Below, piece after piece: positions 47,301 to 62,300 of a stretch of DNA of 64,000 nt. A program made the translations under genes and the position numbers. Under the pieces are notes generated by a model that saw only the letters and a program-made list of their open reading frames with translations, was not told where the DNA came from and did not search any database. Origin of the DNA: Heterodontus francisci (Eukaryota); contig NC_090399.1 of assembly GCF_036365525.1 (NCBI RefSeq), forward strand, positions 42,316,430-42,380,429. The letters run 5' to 3'. The first letter of the stretch is position 1; the number at the start of each line of letters is the position of its first letter.

Positions 47301-50300
47301 TGTGTCCATGTGCACTGCTCTGATGGTTGCAGGAACAGGTGGCACTGTGTCCATGTGCACTGCTCTGATGGGTGCAGGAACAGGTGGCAGTGTGTCCATG
47401 TGCACTGCTCTGATGGGTGCAGGAACAGGTGGCACTGTGTCCATGTGCAGTGTTCGGATGGGTGCAGGAACAGGTGGCAGTGTGTCCATGTGCACTGCTC
47501 TCATGGGTGCAGGAACAGGTGGTAGTGTGTCAATGTGCACCGTTCTGATGGGTGCAGGAACAGTTGACTGTGTGTCATGTGCACTGCTCTGATGTGTGCA
47601 GGAACAGGTGGCTGTGTGTCGACTTGCACTGCTCCGATGGGTGCAGGAACAGGTGACTGTTTGTCCATGTGCACTGCTCTGATGGGTGCAGGAACAGGTG
47701 ACTGTGTGTCCATGTGCACTGCTCGGATGGGTGCAGGAACAGGTGACTGTGTGTCCATGTGCACTGCTCTGATGGGTGCAGGAACAGGTGACTGTGTGTC
47801 CACTTGCACTGCTTGAATGGGTGCAGGAACAGGTGGCTGTGTGTCCACTTGCACTGCTCTGATGGGTGCAGGAACAGGTGACTGTGTGTCCACTTGCACT
47901 GCTCGAATGGGTGCAGGAACAGGTGGCTGTGTGTCCACTTGCACTGCTCTGATGGGTGCAGGAACAGGTGACTGTGTGTCCACTTGCACTGCTCGAATGG
48001 GTGCAGGAACAGGTGGCTGTGTGTCCATGTGCAGTGCTCTGATGTGTGCAGGAACAGGTGGCTGTGTGTCCATGTGCACTGCTCTGATGTGTGCAGGAAC
48101 AGGTGGCTGTGTGTCCATGTGCACTGCTCTGATGTGTGCAGGAACAGGTGGCTGTGTGTCCATGTGCACTGCTCTGATGTGTGCAGGAACAGCTGGCTGT
48201 GTGTCCATGTGCACTGCTCGGATGGGTGCAGGAACAGGTGACTGTGTGTCCATGTGCACTGCTCGGATGGGTGCAGGAACAGGTGGCTGTGTGTCCATGT
48301 GCACTGCTCTGATGGGTGCAGGAACAGGTGGCTGTGTGTCTTTGTGCACTGCTCTGATGGGTGCAGGAACAGGTGACTGTGTGTCCATGTGCACTGCTCT
48401 GATGGGTGCAGGAACAGGTGACTGTGTGTCCATGTGCACTGCTCTGATGGTTGCAGGAACAGGTGGCACTGTGTCCATGTGCACTGCTCTGATGGGTGCA
48501 GGAACAGGTGATTGTGTGTCCATGTGCACTGCTCTGATGGTTGCAGGAACAGGTGGCACTGTGTCCATGTGCACTGCATGGATGGGTGCAGGAACAGGTG
48601 GCTGCGTGTGAACGTGCACAGCTCTGATGGGTGCAGGAACAGGTGGCTGCGTGTGAACGTGCACAGCTCTGATGGGTGCAGGAACAGGTGGCTGTGTGTC
48701 CATGTGCACAGCTTTGATGGGTGCAGGAACAGTTGACTGTGTGTCCATGTGCACTGCTCTGATGGGTGCAGGAACAGTTGACTGTGTGTCCATGTGCACT
48801 GCTCTGATGGTTGCAGGAACAGGTGGCACTGTGTCCATGTGCACTGCTCTGATGGGTGCAGGAACAGGTGACTGTGTGTCCATGTGCACTGCTCGGATGG
48901 GTGCAGGAACAGGTGACTGTGTGTCCATGTGCACTGCTCTGATGGGTGCAGGAACAGGTGACTGTGTGTCCACTTGCACTGCTCGAATGGGTGCAGGAAC
49001 AGGTGGCTGTGTGTCCACTTGCACTGCTCTGATGGGTGCAGGAACAGGTGACTGTGTGTCCACTTGCACTGCTCTGATGGGTGCAGGAACAGGTGATTGT
49101 GTGTCCATGTGCACTGCTCGGATGGGTGCAGGAACAGGTGATTGTGTGTCCATGTGCACTGCTCTGATGGTTGCAGGAACAGGTGGCAGTATGTCCATGT
49201 GCACTGCTCTGATGGTTGCAGGAACAGGTGACACTGTGTCCATGTGCACTGCACGGATGGGTGCAGGAACAGGTGGCTGCGTGTGAACGTGCACAGCTCT
49301 GATGGGTGCAGGAACAGGTGGCTGTGTGTCCATGTGCACTGCTCTGATGGGTGCAGGAACAGGTGGCACTGTGTCAATGTGCACTGCTCTGATGGGTGCA
49401 GGAACAGGTGGCTGCGTGTGAACGTGCACAGCTCTGATGGGTGCAGGAACAGGTGGCTGTGTGTCCATGTGCACTGCTCTGATGGGTGCAGGAACAGTTG
49501 ACTGTGTGTCCATGTGCACTGCTCTGATGGGTGCAGGAACAGTTGACTGTGTGTCCATGTGCACTGCTCTGATGGGTGCAGGAACAGGTGGCTGTGTGTC
49601 AATGTGCACTGCTCTCATGGGTGCAGGAACAGGTGGCTGTGTGTCCATGTGCACTGCTCTGATGGGTGCAGGAACAGTTGACTGTGTGTCCATGTGCACT
49701 GCTCTGATGGGTGCAGGAACAGTTGACTGTGTGTCCATGTGCACTGCTCTGATGGGTGCAGGAACAGGTGACTGTGTGTCCATGTGCACTGCTCTGATGG
49801 GTGCAGGAACAGTTGACTGTGTGTCCATGTGCACTGCTCTGATGGGTGCAGGAACAGATGGCTGAGTGTCCACGTGCACTGCTCTGATGGGTGCAGGAAC
49901 AGATGGCTGAGTGTCCACGTGCAATGCTCATTTGGGTGCAGGAACAGGTGACTGTGTGTCCATGTGCATTGCTCTCATGGGTGCAGGAACAGGAGACTGT
50001 GTGTCCATGTGCAATGCTCTGATGGGTGCAGGAACAGGTGGCTGTGTGTCCATGTGCAATGCTCTGATGGGTGCAGGAACAGGTGGCAGTGTGTCCATGT
50101 GCATTGCTCTCATGGGTGCAGGAACAGGAGACTGTGTGTCCATGTGCACTGCTCTGATGGGTGCAGGAACAGGTGACTGTGTGTCCATGTGCAATGCTCT
50201 GATGGGTGCAGGAACAGGTGGCTGTGTGTCCATGTGCAATGCTCATTTGGGTGCAGGAACAGGTGACTGTGTGTCCATGTGCATTGCTCTCATGGGTGCA

Positions 50301-53300
50301 GGAACAGGTGACTGTGTGTCCATGTGCATTGCTCTCATGGGTGCAGGAACAGGAGACTGTGTGTCCATGTGCAATGCTCTGATGGGTGCAGGAACAGGTG
50401 GCAGTGTGTCCATGTGCACTGCTCTGATGGGTGCAGGAACAGGTGACTGTGTGTCCATGTGCACTGCTCGGATGGGTGCAGGAACAGGTGGCAGTGTGTC
50501 CATGTGCACTGCTCTGATGGGTGCAGGAACAGGTGGCACTGTGTCCATGTGCACTGCTCTGATGGGTGCAGGAACAGGTGACTGTGTGTCCATGTGCACT
50601 GCTCTGATGGGTGCAGGAACAGGTGACTGTGTGTCCATGTGCACTGCTCTGATGGGTGCAGGAACAGGTGGCAGTGTGTCCATGTGCACTGCTCGGATGG
50701 GTGCAGGAACAGGTGGCTGTGTGTCCATGTGCACTGCTCTGATGGGTACAGGAACAGGTGGCAGTGTGTCCATGTGCACTGCTCTGATGGGTGCAGGAAC
50801 AGGTGGCTGTGTGTCCATGTGCACTGCTCTGATGGGTGCAGGAACAAGTGGCACTGTGTCCATGTGCACTGCTCGGATGGGTGCAGGAACAGGTGGCTGT
50901 GTGTCCATGTGCACTGCTCTCATGGGTGCAGGAACAGGTGGTCGTGTGTCAATGTGCACCGTTCTGATGGGTGCAGGAACAGTTGACTGTGTGTCATGTG
51001 CACTGCTCTGATGTGTGCAGGAACAGGTGGCTGTGTGTCCACTTGCACTGCTCCGATGGGTGCAGGAACAGGTGACTGTTTGTCCATGTGCACTGCTCTG
51101 ATGGGTGCAGGAACAGGTGACTGTGTGTCCATGTGCACTGCTCGGATGGGTGCAGGAACAGGTGACTGTGTGTCCATGTGCACTGCTCTGATGGGTGCAG
51201 GAACAGGTGACTGTGTGTCCACTTGCACTGCTCGAATGGGTGCAGGAACAGGTGGCTGTGTGTCCACTTGCACTGCTCTGATGGGTGCAGGAACAGGTGA
51301 CTGTGTGTCCACTTGCACTGCTCGAATGGGTGCAGGAACAGGTGGCTGTGTGTCCACTTGCACTGCTCTGATGTGTGCAGGAACAGGTGGCTGTGTGTCC
51401 ATGTGCACTGCTCTGATGTGTGCAGGAACAGGTGGCTGTGTGTCCATGTGCACTGCTCTGATGTGTGCAGGAACAGGTGGCTGTGTGTCCATGTGCACTG
51501 CTCTGATGGGTGCAGGAACAGGTGGCTGTGTGTCTATGTGCACTGCTCTGATGGGTGCAGGAACAGGTGGCTGTGTGTCTATGTGCACTGCTCTGATGGG
51601 TGCAGGAACAGGTGACTGTGTGTCCATGTGCACTGCTCTGATGGGTGCAGGAACAGGTGACTGTGTGTCCATGTGCACTGCTCGGATGGGTGCAGGAACA
51701 GGTGACTGTGTGTCCATGTGCACTGCTCGGATGGGTGCAGGAACAGGTGGCTGTGTGTCCATGTGCACTGCTCTGATGGGTGCAGGAACAGGTGGCAGTG
51801 TGTCCATGTGCACTGCTCTGATGGGTGCAGGAACAGGTGGCACTGTGTCCATGTGCAGTGTTCGGATGGGTGCAGGAACAGGTGGCAGTGTGTCCATGTG
51901 CACTGCTCTCATGGGTGCAGGAACAGGTGGTAGTGTGTCAATGTGCACCGTTCTGATGGGTGCAGGAACAGTTGACTGTGTGTCATGTGCACTGCTCTGA
52001 TGTGTGCAGGAACAGGTGGCTGTGTGTCCACTTGCACTGCTCCGATGGGTGCAGGAACAGGTGACTGTTTGTCCATGTGCACTGCTCTGATGGGTGCAGG
52101 AACAGGTGACTGTGTGTCCATGTGCACTGCTCGGATGGGTGCAGGAACAGGTGACTGTGTGTCCATGTGCACTGCTCTGATGGGTGCAGGAACAGGTGAC
52201 TGTGTGTCCACTTGCACTGCTCGAATGGGTGCAGGAACAGGTGGCTGTGTGTCCACTTGCACTGCTCTGATGGGTGCAGGAACAGGTGACTGTGTGTCCA
52301 CTTGCACTGCTCAAATGGGTGCAGGAACAGGTAGCTGTGTGTCCACTTGCACTGCTCTGATGGGTGCAAGAACAGGTGACTGTGTGTCCACTTGCACTGC
52401 TCGAATGGGTGCAGGAACAGGTGGCTGTGTGTCCATGTGCACTGCTCTGATGTGTGCAGGAACAGGTGGCTGTGTGTCCACTTGCACTGCTCCGATGGGT
52501 GCAGGAACAGGTGACTGTTTGTCCATGTGCACTGCTCTGATGGGTGCAGGAACAGGTGACTGTGTGTCATGTGCACTGCTCTGATGTGTGCAGGAACAGG
52601 TGGCTGTGTGTCCACTTGCACTGCTCCGATGGGTGCAGGAACAGGTGACTGTTTGTCCATGTGCACTGCTCTGATGGGTGCAGGAACAGGTGACTGTGTG
52701 TCCATGTGCACTGCTCGGATGGGTGCAGGAACAGGTGACTGTGTGTCCATGTGCACTGCTCTGATGGGTGCAGGAACAGGTGACTGTGTGTCCACTTGCA
52801 CTGCTCGAATGGGTGCAGGAACAGGTGGCTGTGTGTCCACTTGCACTGCTCTGATGGGTGCAGGAACAGGTGACTGTGTGTCCACTTGCACTGCTCTGAT
52901 GGGTGCAAGAACAGGTGACTGTGTGTCCACTTGCACTGCTCGAATGGGTGCAGGAACAGGTGGCTGTGTGTCCATGTGCACTGCTCTGATGTGTGCAGGA
53001 ACAGGTGGCTGTGTGTCCACTTGCACTGCTCGAATGGGTGCAGGAACAGGTGGCTGTGTGTCCATGTGCACTGCTCTGATGTGTGCAGGAACAGGTGGCT
53101 GTGTGTCCATGTGCACTGCTCTGATGTGTGCAGGAACAGGTGGCTGTGTGTCCATGTGCACTGCTCTGATGTGTGCAGGAACAGGTGGCTGTGTGTCCAT
53201 GTGCACTGCTCTGATGTGTGCAGGAACAGGTGGCTGTGTGTCCATGTGCACTGCTCTGATGTGTGCAGGAACAGGTGGCTGTGTGTCCATGTGCACTGCT

Positions 53301-56300
53301 CTGATGTGTGCAGGAACAGCTGGCTGTGTGTCCATGTGCACTGCTCGGATGGGTGCAGGAACAGGTGGCTGTGTGTCCATGTGCACTGCTCTGATGGGTG
53401 CAGGAACAGGTGGCTGTGTGTCCATGTGCACTGCTCGGATGGGTGCAGGAACAGGTGGCTGTGTGTCCATGTGCACTGCTCTGATGGGTGCAGGAACAGG
53501 TGATTGTGTGTCCATGTGCACTGCTCTGATGGGTGCAGGAACAGGTGGCTGTGTGTCCATGTGCACTGCTCTGATGGGTGCAGGAACAGGTGATTGTGTG
53601 TCCATGTGCACTGCTCGGATGGGTGCAGGAACAGGTGATTGTGTGTCCATGTGCACTGCTCTGATGGTTGCAGGAACAGGTGGCAGTATGTCCATGTGCA
53701 CAGCTCTGATGGTTGCAGGAACAGGTGACACTGTGTCCATGTGCACTGCACGGATGGGTGCAGGAACAGGTGGCTGCGTGTGAACGTGCACAGCTCTGAT
53801 GCGTGCAGGAACAGGTGGCTGTGTGTCCATGTGCACTGCTCTGATGGGTGCAGGAACAGGTGGCACTGTGTCAATGTGCACTGCTCTGATGGGTGCAGGA
53901 ACAGGTGGCTGCGTGTGAACGTGCACAGCTCTGATGGGTGCAGGAACAGGTGGCTGTGTGTCCATGTGCACTGCTCTGATGGGTGCAGGAACAGTTGACT
54001 GTGTGTCCATGTGCACTGCTCTGATGGGTGCAGGAACAGTTGACTGTGTGTCCATGTGCACTGCTCTGATGGGTGCAGGAACAGGTGGCTGTGTGTCAAT
54101 GTGCACTGCTCTCATGGGTGCAGGAACAGGTGGCTGTGTGTCCATGTGCACTGCTCTGATGGGTGCAGGAACAGTTGACTGTGTGTCCATGTGCACTGCT
54201 CTGATGGGTGCAGGAACAGTTGACTGTGTGTCCATGTGCACTGCTCTGATGGGTGCAGGAACAGGTGACTGTGTGTCCATGTGCACTGCTCTGATGGGTG
54301 CAGGAACAGTTGACTGTGTGTCCATGTGCACTGCTCTGATGGGTGCAGGAACAGATGGCTGAGTGTCCACGTGCACTGCTCTGATGGGTGCAGGAACAGA
54401 TGGCTGAGTGTCCACGTGCAATGCTCATTTGGGTGCAGGAACAGGTGACTGTGTGTCCATGTGCATTGCTCTCATGGGTGCAGGAACAGGAGACTGTGTG
54501 TCCATGTGCACTGCTCTGATGGGTGCAGGAACAGTTGACTGTGTGTCCATGTGCACTGCTCTGATGGGTGCAGGAACAGATGGCTGAGTGTCCATGTGCA
54601 CTGCTCTGATGGGTGCAGGAACAGTTGACTGTGTGTCCATGTGCACTGCTCTGATGGGTGCAGGAACAGGTGACTGTGTGTCCATGTGCACTGCTCTGAT
54701 GGGTGCAGGAACAGTTGACTGTGTGCCCATGTGCACTGCTCTGATGGGTGCAGGAACAGATGGCTGAGTGTCCACGTGCACTGCTCTGATGGGTGCAGGA
54801 ACAGATGGCTGAGTGTCCACGTGCAATGCTCATTTGGGTGCAGGAACAGGTGGCTGTGTGTCCATGTGCAATGCTCTGATGGGTGCAGGAACAGGTGGCA
54901 GTGTGTCCATGTGCATTGCTCTCATGGGTGCAGGAACAGGAGACTGTGTGTCCATGTGCATTGCTCTCATGGGTGCAGGAACAGGTGACTGTGTGTCCAT
55001 GTGCAATGCTCTGATGGGTGCAGGAACAGGTGGCTGTGTGTCCATGTGCAATGCTCATTTGGGTGCAGGAACAGGTGACTGTGTGTCCATGTGCATTGCT
55101 CTCATGGGTGCAGGAACAGGTGACTGTGTGTCCATGTGCACTGCTCTGATGGGTGCAGGAACAGGTGACTGTGTGTCCATGTGCACTGCTCTGATGGGTG
55201 CAGGAACAGGTGGCTGTGTGTCCATGTGCAATGCTCATTTGGGTGCAGGAACAGGTGACTGTGTGTCCATGTGCACTGCTCTGATGGGTGCAGGAACAGG
55301 TGACTGTGTGTCCATGTGCACTGCTCTGATGGGTGCAGGAACAGGTGACTGTGTGTCCATGTGCACTGCTCTGATGGGTGCAGGAACAGGTGGCAGTGTG
55401 TCCATGTGCACTGCTCGGATGGGTGCAGGAACAGGTGGCTGTGTGTCCATGTGCACTGCTCTGATGGGTGCAGGAACAGGTGGCAGTGTGTCCATGTGCA
55501 CTGCTCGGATGGGTGCAGGAACAGGTGGCACTGTGTCCATGTGCACTGCTCTGATGGGTGCAGGAACAGGTGGCTGTGTGTCCATGTGCACTGCTCTGAT
55601 GGGTGCAGGAACATGTGGCTGTGTGTCCATGTGCACTGCTCTGATGGTTGCAGGAACAGGTGGCACTGTGTCCACGTACACTGCTCGGATGGGTGCAGGA
55701 ACAGGTGGCTGTGTGTCCATGTGCACTGCTCTGATGGTTGCAGGAACAGGTGGCACTGTGTCCATGTGCACTGCTCTGATGGGTGCAGGAACAGGTGGCA
55801 GTGTGTCCATGTGCACTGCTCTGATGGTTGCAGGAACAGGTGGCACTGTGTCCATGTGCACTGCTCTGATGGGTGCAGGAACAGGTGGCTGTGTGTCCAT
55901 GTGCACTGCTCTGATGGTTGCAGGAACAGGTGGCACTGTGTCCATGTGCACTGCTCGGATGGGTGCAGGAACAGGTGGCTGTGTGTCCATGTGCACTGCT
56001 CTGATGGTTGCAGGAACAGGTGGCACTGTGTCCATGTGCACTGCTCTGATGGGTGCAGGAACAGGTGGCAGTGTGTCCATGTGCACTGCTCTGATGGGTG
56101 CAGGAACAGGTGGCACTGTGTCCATGTGCAGTGTTCGGATGGGTGCAGGAACAGGTGGCAGTGTGTCCATGTGCACTGCTCTCATGGGTGCAGGAACAGG
56201 TGGTAGTGTGTCAATGTGCACCGTTCTGATGGGTGCAGGAACAGTTGACTGTGTGTCATGTGCACTGCTCTGATGTGTGCAGGAACAGGTGGCTGTGTGT

Positions 56301-59300
56301 CGACTTGCACTGCTCCGATGGGTGCAGGAACAGGTGACTGTTTGTCCATGTGCACTGCTCTGATGGGTGCAGGAACAGGTGACTGTGTGTCCATGTGCAC
56401 TGCTCGGATGGGTGCAGGAACAGGTGACTGTGTGTCCATGTGCACTGCTCTGATGGGTGCAGGAACAGGTGACTGTGTGTCCACTTGCACTGCTTGAATG
56501 GGTGCAGGAACAGGTGGCTGTGTGTCCACTTGCACTGCTCTGATGGGTGCAGGAACAGGTGACTGTGTGTCCACTTGCACTGCTCGAATGGGTGCAGGAA
56601 CAGGTGGCTGTGTGTCCACTTGCACTGCTCTGATGGGTGCAGGAACAGGTGACTGTGTGTCCACTTGCACTGCTCGAATGGGTGCAGGAACAGGTGGCTG
56701 TGTGTCCATGTGCAGTGCTCTGATGTGTGCAGGAACAGGTGGCTGTGTGTCCATGTGCACTGCTCTGATGTGTGCAGGAACAGGTGGCTGTGTGTCCATG
56801 TGCACTGCTCTGATGTGTGCAGGAACAGGTGGCTGTGTGTCCATGTGCACTGCTCTGATGTGTGCAGGAACAGCTGGCTGTGTGTCCATGTGCACTGCTC
56901 GGATGGGTGCAGGAACAGGTGACTGTGTGTCCATGTGCACTGCTCGGATGGGTGCAGGAACAGGTGGCTGTGTGTCCATGTGCACTGCTCTGATGGGTGC
57001 AGGAACAGGTGGCTGTGTGTCTTTGTGCACTGCTCTGATGGGTGCAGGAACAGGTGACTGTGTGTCCATGTGCACTGCTCTGATGGGTGCAGGAACAGGT
57101 GACTGTGTGTCCATGTGCACTGCTCTGATGGTTGCAGGAACAGGTGGCACTGTGTCCATGTGCACTGCTCTGATGGGTGCAGGAACAGGTGATTGTGTGT
57201 CCATGTGCACTGCTCTGATGGTTGCAGGAACAGGTGGCACTGTGTCCATGTGCACTGCATGGATGGGTGCAGGAACAGGTGGCTGCGTGTGAACGTGCAC
57301 AGCTCTGATGGGTGCAGGAACAGGTGGCTGCGTGTGAACGTGCACAGCTCTGATGGGTGCAGGAACAGGTGGCTGTGTGTCCATGTGCACAGCTTTGATG
57401 GGTGCAGGAACAGTTGACTGTGTGTCCATGTGCACTGCTCTGATGGGTGCAGGAACAGTTGACTGTGTGTCCATGTGCACTGCTCTGATGGTTGCAGGAA
57501 CAGGTGGCACTGTGTCCATGTGCACTGCTCTGATGGGTGCAGGAACAGGTGACTGTGTGTCCATGTGCACTGCTCGGATGGGTGCAGGAACAGGTGACTG
57601 TGTGTCCATGTGCACTGCTCTGATGGGTGCAGGAACAGGTGACTGTGTGTCCACTTGCACTGCTCGAATGGGTGCAGGAACAGGTGGCTGTGTGTCCACT
57701 TGCACTGCTCTGATGGGTGCAGGAACAGGTGACTGTGTGTCCACTTGCACTGCTCTGATGGGTGCAGGAACAGGTGATTGTGTGTCCATGTGCACTGCTC
57801 GGATGGGTGCAGGAACAGGTGATTGTGTGTCCATGTGCACTGCTCTGATGGTTGCAGGAACAGGTGGCAGTATGTCCATGTGCACTGCTCTGATGGTTGC
57901 AGGAACAGGTGACACTGTGTCCATGTGCACTGCACGGATGGGTGCAGGAACAGGTGGCTGCGTGTGAACGTGCACAGCTCTGATGGGTGCAGGAACAGGT
58001 GGCTGTGTGTCCATGTGCACTGCTCTGATGGGTGCAGGAACAGGTGGCACTGTGTCAATGTGCACTGCTCTGATGGGTGCAGGAACAGGTGGCTGCGTGT
58101 GAACGTGCACAGCTCTGATGGGTGCAGGAACAGGTGGCTGTGTGTCCATGTGCACTGCTCTGATGGGTGCAGGAACAGTTGACTGTGTGTCCATGTGCAC
58201 TGCTCTGATGGGTGCAGGAACAGTTGACTGTGTGTCCATGTGCACTGCTCTGATGGGTGCAGGAACAGGTGGCTGTGTGTCAATGTGCACTGCTCTCATG
58301 GGTGCAGGAACAGGTGGCTGTGTGTCCATGTGCACTGCTCTGATGGGTGCAGGAACAGTTGACTGTGTGTCCATGTGCACTGCTCTGATGGGTGCAGGAA
58401 CAGTTGACTGTGTGTCCATGTGCACTGCTCTGATGGGTGCAGGAACAGGTGACTGTGTGTCCATGTGCACTGCTCTGATGGGTGCAGGAACAGTTGACTG
58501 TGTGTCCATGTGCACTGCTCTGATGGGTGCAGGAACAGATGGCTGAGTGTCCACGTGCACTGCTCTGATGGGTGCAGGAACAGATGGCTGAGTGTCCACG
58601 TGCAATGCTCATTTGGGTGCAGGAACAGGTGACTGTGTGTCCATGTGCATTGCTCTCATGGGTGCAGGAACAGGAGACTGTGTGTCCATGTGCAATGCTC
58701 TGATGGGTGCAGGAACAGGTGGCTGTGTGTCCATGTGCAATGCTCTGATGGGTGCAGGAACAGGTGGCAGTGTGTCCATGTGCATTGCTCTCATGGGTGC
58801 AGGAACAGGAGACTGTGTGTCCATGTGCACTGCTCTGATGGGTGCAGGAACAGGTGACTGTGTGTCCATGTGCAATGCTCTGATGGGTGCAGGAACAGGT
58901 GGCTGTGTGTCCATGTGCAATGCTCATTTGGGTGCAGGAACAGGTGACTGTGTGTCCATGTGCATTGCTCTCATGGGTGCAGGAACAGGTGACTGTGTGT
59001 CCATGTGCATTGCTCTCATGGGTGCAGGAACAGGAGACTGTGTGTCCATGTGCAATGCTCTGATGGGTGCAGGAACAGGTGGCAGTGTGTCCATGTGCAC
59101 TGCTCTGATGGGTGCAGGAACAGGTGACTGTGTGTCCATGTGCACTGCTCGGATGGGTGCAGGAACAGGTGGCAGTGTGTCCATGTGCACTGCTCTGATG
59201 GGTGCAGGAACAGGTGGCACTGTGTCCATGTGCACTGCTCTGATGGGTGCAGGAACAGGTGACTGTGTGTCCATGTGCACTGCTCTGATGGGTGCAGGAA

Positions 59301-62300
59301 CAGGTGACTGTGTGTCCATGTGCACTGCTCTGATGGGTGCAGGAACAGGTGGCAGTGTGTCCATGTGCACTGCTCGGATGGGTGCAGGAACAGGTGGCTG
59401 TGTGTCCATGTGCACTGCTCTGATGGGTACAGGAACAGGTGGCAGTGTGTCCATGTGCACTGCTCTGATGGGTGCAGGAACAGGTGGCTGTGTGTCCATG
59501 TGCACTGCTCTGATGGGTGCAGGAACAAGTGGCACTGTGTCCATGTGCACTGCTCGGATGGGTGCAGGAACAGGTGGCTGTGTGTCCATGTGCACTGCTC
59601 TCATGGGTGCAGGAACAGGTGGTCGTGTGTCAATGTGCACCGTTCTGATGGGTGCAGGAACAGTTGACTGTGTGTCATGTGCACTGCTCTGATGTGTGCA
59701 GGAACAGGTGGCTGTGTGTCCACTTGCACTGCTCCGATGGGTGCAGGAACAGGTGACTGTTTGTCCATGTGCACTGCTCTGATGGGTGCAGGAACAGGTG
59801 ACTGTGTGTCCATGTGCACTGCTCGGATGGGTGCAGGAACAGGTGACTGTGTGTCCATGTGCACTGCTCTGATGGGTGCAGGAACAGGTGACTGTGTGTC
59901 CACTTGCACTGCTCGAATGGGTGCAGGAACAGGTGGCTGTGTGTCCACTTGCACTGCTCTGATGGGTGCAGGAACAGGTGACTGTGTGTCCACTTGCACT
60001 GCTCGAATGGGTGCAGGAACAGGTGGCTGTGTGTCCACTTGCACTGCTCTGATGTGTGCAGGAACAGGTGGCTGTGTGTCCATGTGCACTGCTCTGATGT
60101 GTGCAGGAACAGGTGGCTGTGTGTCCATGTGCACTGCTCTGATGTGTGCAGGAACAGGTGGCTGTGTGTCCATGTGCACTGCTCTGATGGGTGCAGGAAC
60201 AGGTGGCTGTGTGTCTATGTGCACTGCTCTGATGGGTGCAGGAACAGGTGGCTGTGTGTCTATGTGCACTGCTCTGATGGGTGCAGGAACAGGTGACTGT
60301 GTGTCCATGTGCACTGCTCTGATGGGTGCAGGAACAGGTGACTGTGTGTCCATGTGCACTGCTCGGATGGGTGCAGGAACAGGTGACTGTGTGTCCATGT
60401 GCACTGCTCGGATGGGTGCAGGAACAGGTGGCTGTGTGTCCATGTGCACTGCTCTGATGGGTGCAGGAACAGGTGGCAGTGTGTCCATGTGCACTGCTCT
60501 GATGGGTGCAGGAACAGGTGGCACTGTGTCCATGTGCAGTGTTCGGATGGGTGCAGGAACAGGTGGCAGTGTGTCCATGTGCACTGCTCTCATGGGTGCA
60601 GGAACAGGTGGTAGTGTGTCAATGTGCACCGTTCTGATGGGTGCAGGAACAGTTGACTGTGTGTCATGTGCACTGCTCTGATGTGTGCAGGAACAGGTGG
60701 CTGTGTGTCCACTTGCACTGCTCCGATGGGTGCAGGAACAGGTGACTGTTTGTCCATGTGCACTGCTCTGATGGGTGCAGGAACAGGTGACTGTGTGTCC
60801 ATGTGCACTGCTCGGATGGGTGCAGGAACAGGTGACTGTGTGTCCATGTGCACTGCTCTGATGGGTGCAGGAACAGGTGACTGTGTGTCCACTTGCACTG
60901 CTCGAATGGGTGCAGGAACAGGTGGCTGTGTGTCCACTTGCACTGCTCTGATGGGTGCAGGAACAGGTGACTGTGTGTCCACTTGCACTGCTCAAATGGG
61001 TGCAGGAACAGGTAGCTGTGTGTCCACTTGCACTGCTCTGATGGGTGCAAGAACAGGTGACTGTGTGTCCACTTGCACTGCTCGAATGGGTGCAGGAACA
61101 GGTGGCTGTGTGTCCATGTGCACTGCTCTGATGTGTGCAGGAACAGGTGGCTGTGTGTCCACTTGCACTGCTCCGATGGGTGCAGGAACAGGTGACTGTT
61201 TGTCCATGTGCACTGCTCTGATGGGTGCAGGAACAGGTGACTGTGTGTCATGTGCACTGCTCTGATGTGTGCAGGAACAGGTGGCTGTGTGTCCACTTGC
61301 ACTGCTCCGATGGGTGCAGGAACAGGTGACTGTTTGTCCATGTGCACTGCTCTGATGGGTGCAGGAACAGGTGACTGTGTGTCCATGTGCACTGCTCGGA
61401 TGGGTGCAGGAACAGGTGACTGTGTGTCCATGTGCACTGCTCTGATGGGTGCAGGAACAGGTGACTGTGTGTCCACTTGCACTGCTCGAATGGGTGCAGG
61501 AACAGGTGGCTGTGTGTCCACTTGCACTGCTCTGATGGGTGCAGGAACAGGTGACTGTGTGTCCACTTGCACTGCTCTGATGGGTGCAAGAACAGGTGAC
61601 TGTGTGTCCACTTGCACTGCTCGAATGGGTGCAGGAACAGGTGGCTGTGTGTCCATGTGCACTGCTCTGATGTGTGCAGGAACAGGTGGCTGTGTGTCCA
61701 CCTGCACTGCTCGAATGGGTGCAGGAACAGGTGGCTGTGTGTCCATGTGCACTGCTCTGATGTGTGCAGGAACAGGTGGCTGTGTGTCCATGTGCACTGC
61801 TCTGATGTGTGCAGGAACAGGTGGCTGTGTGTCCATGTGCACTGCTCTGATGTGTGCAGGAACAGGTGGCTGTGTGTCCATGTGCACTGCTCTGATGTGT
61901 GCAGGAACAGCTGGCTGTGTGTCCATGTGCACTGCTCGGATGGGTGCAGGAACAGGTGACTGTGTGTCCATGTGCACTGCTCGGATGGGTGCAGGAACAG
62001 GTGGCTGTGTGTCCATGTGCACTGCTCTGATGGGTGCAGGAACAGGTGGCTGTGTGTCTATGTGCACTGCTCTGATGGGTGCAGGAACAGGTGACTGTGT
62101 GTCCATGTGCACTGCTCTGATGGGTGCAGGAACAGGTGACTGTGTGTCCATGTGCACTGCTCGGATGGGTGCAGGAACAGGTGACTGTGTGTCCATGTGC
62201 ACTGCTCGGATGGGTGCAGGAACAGGTGGCTGTGTGTCCATGTGCACTGCTCTGATGGTTGCAGGAACAGGTGGCAGTATGTCCATGTGCACTGCTCTGA

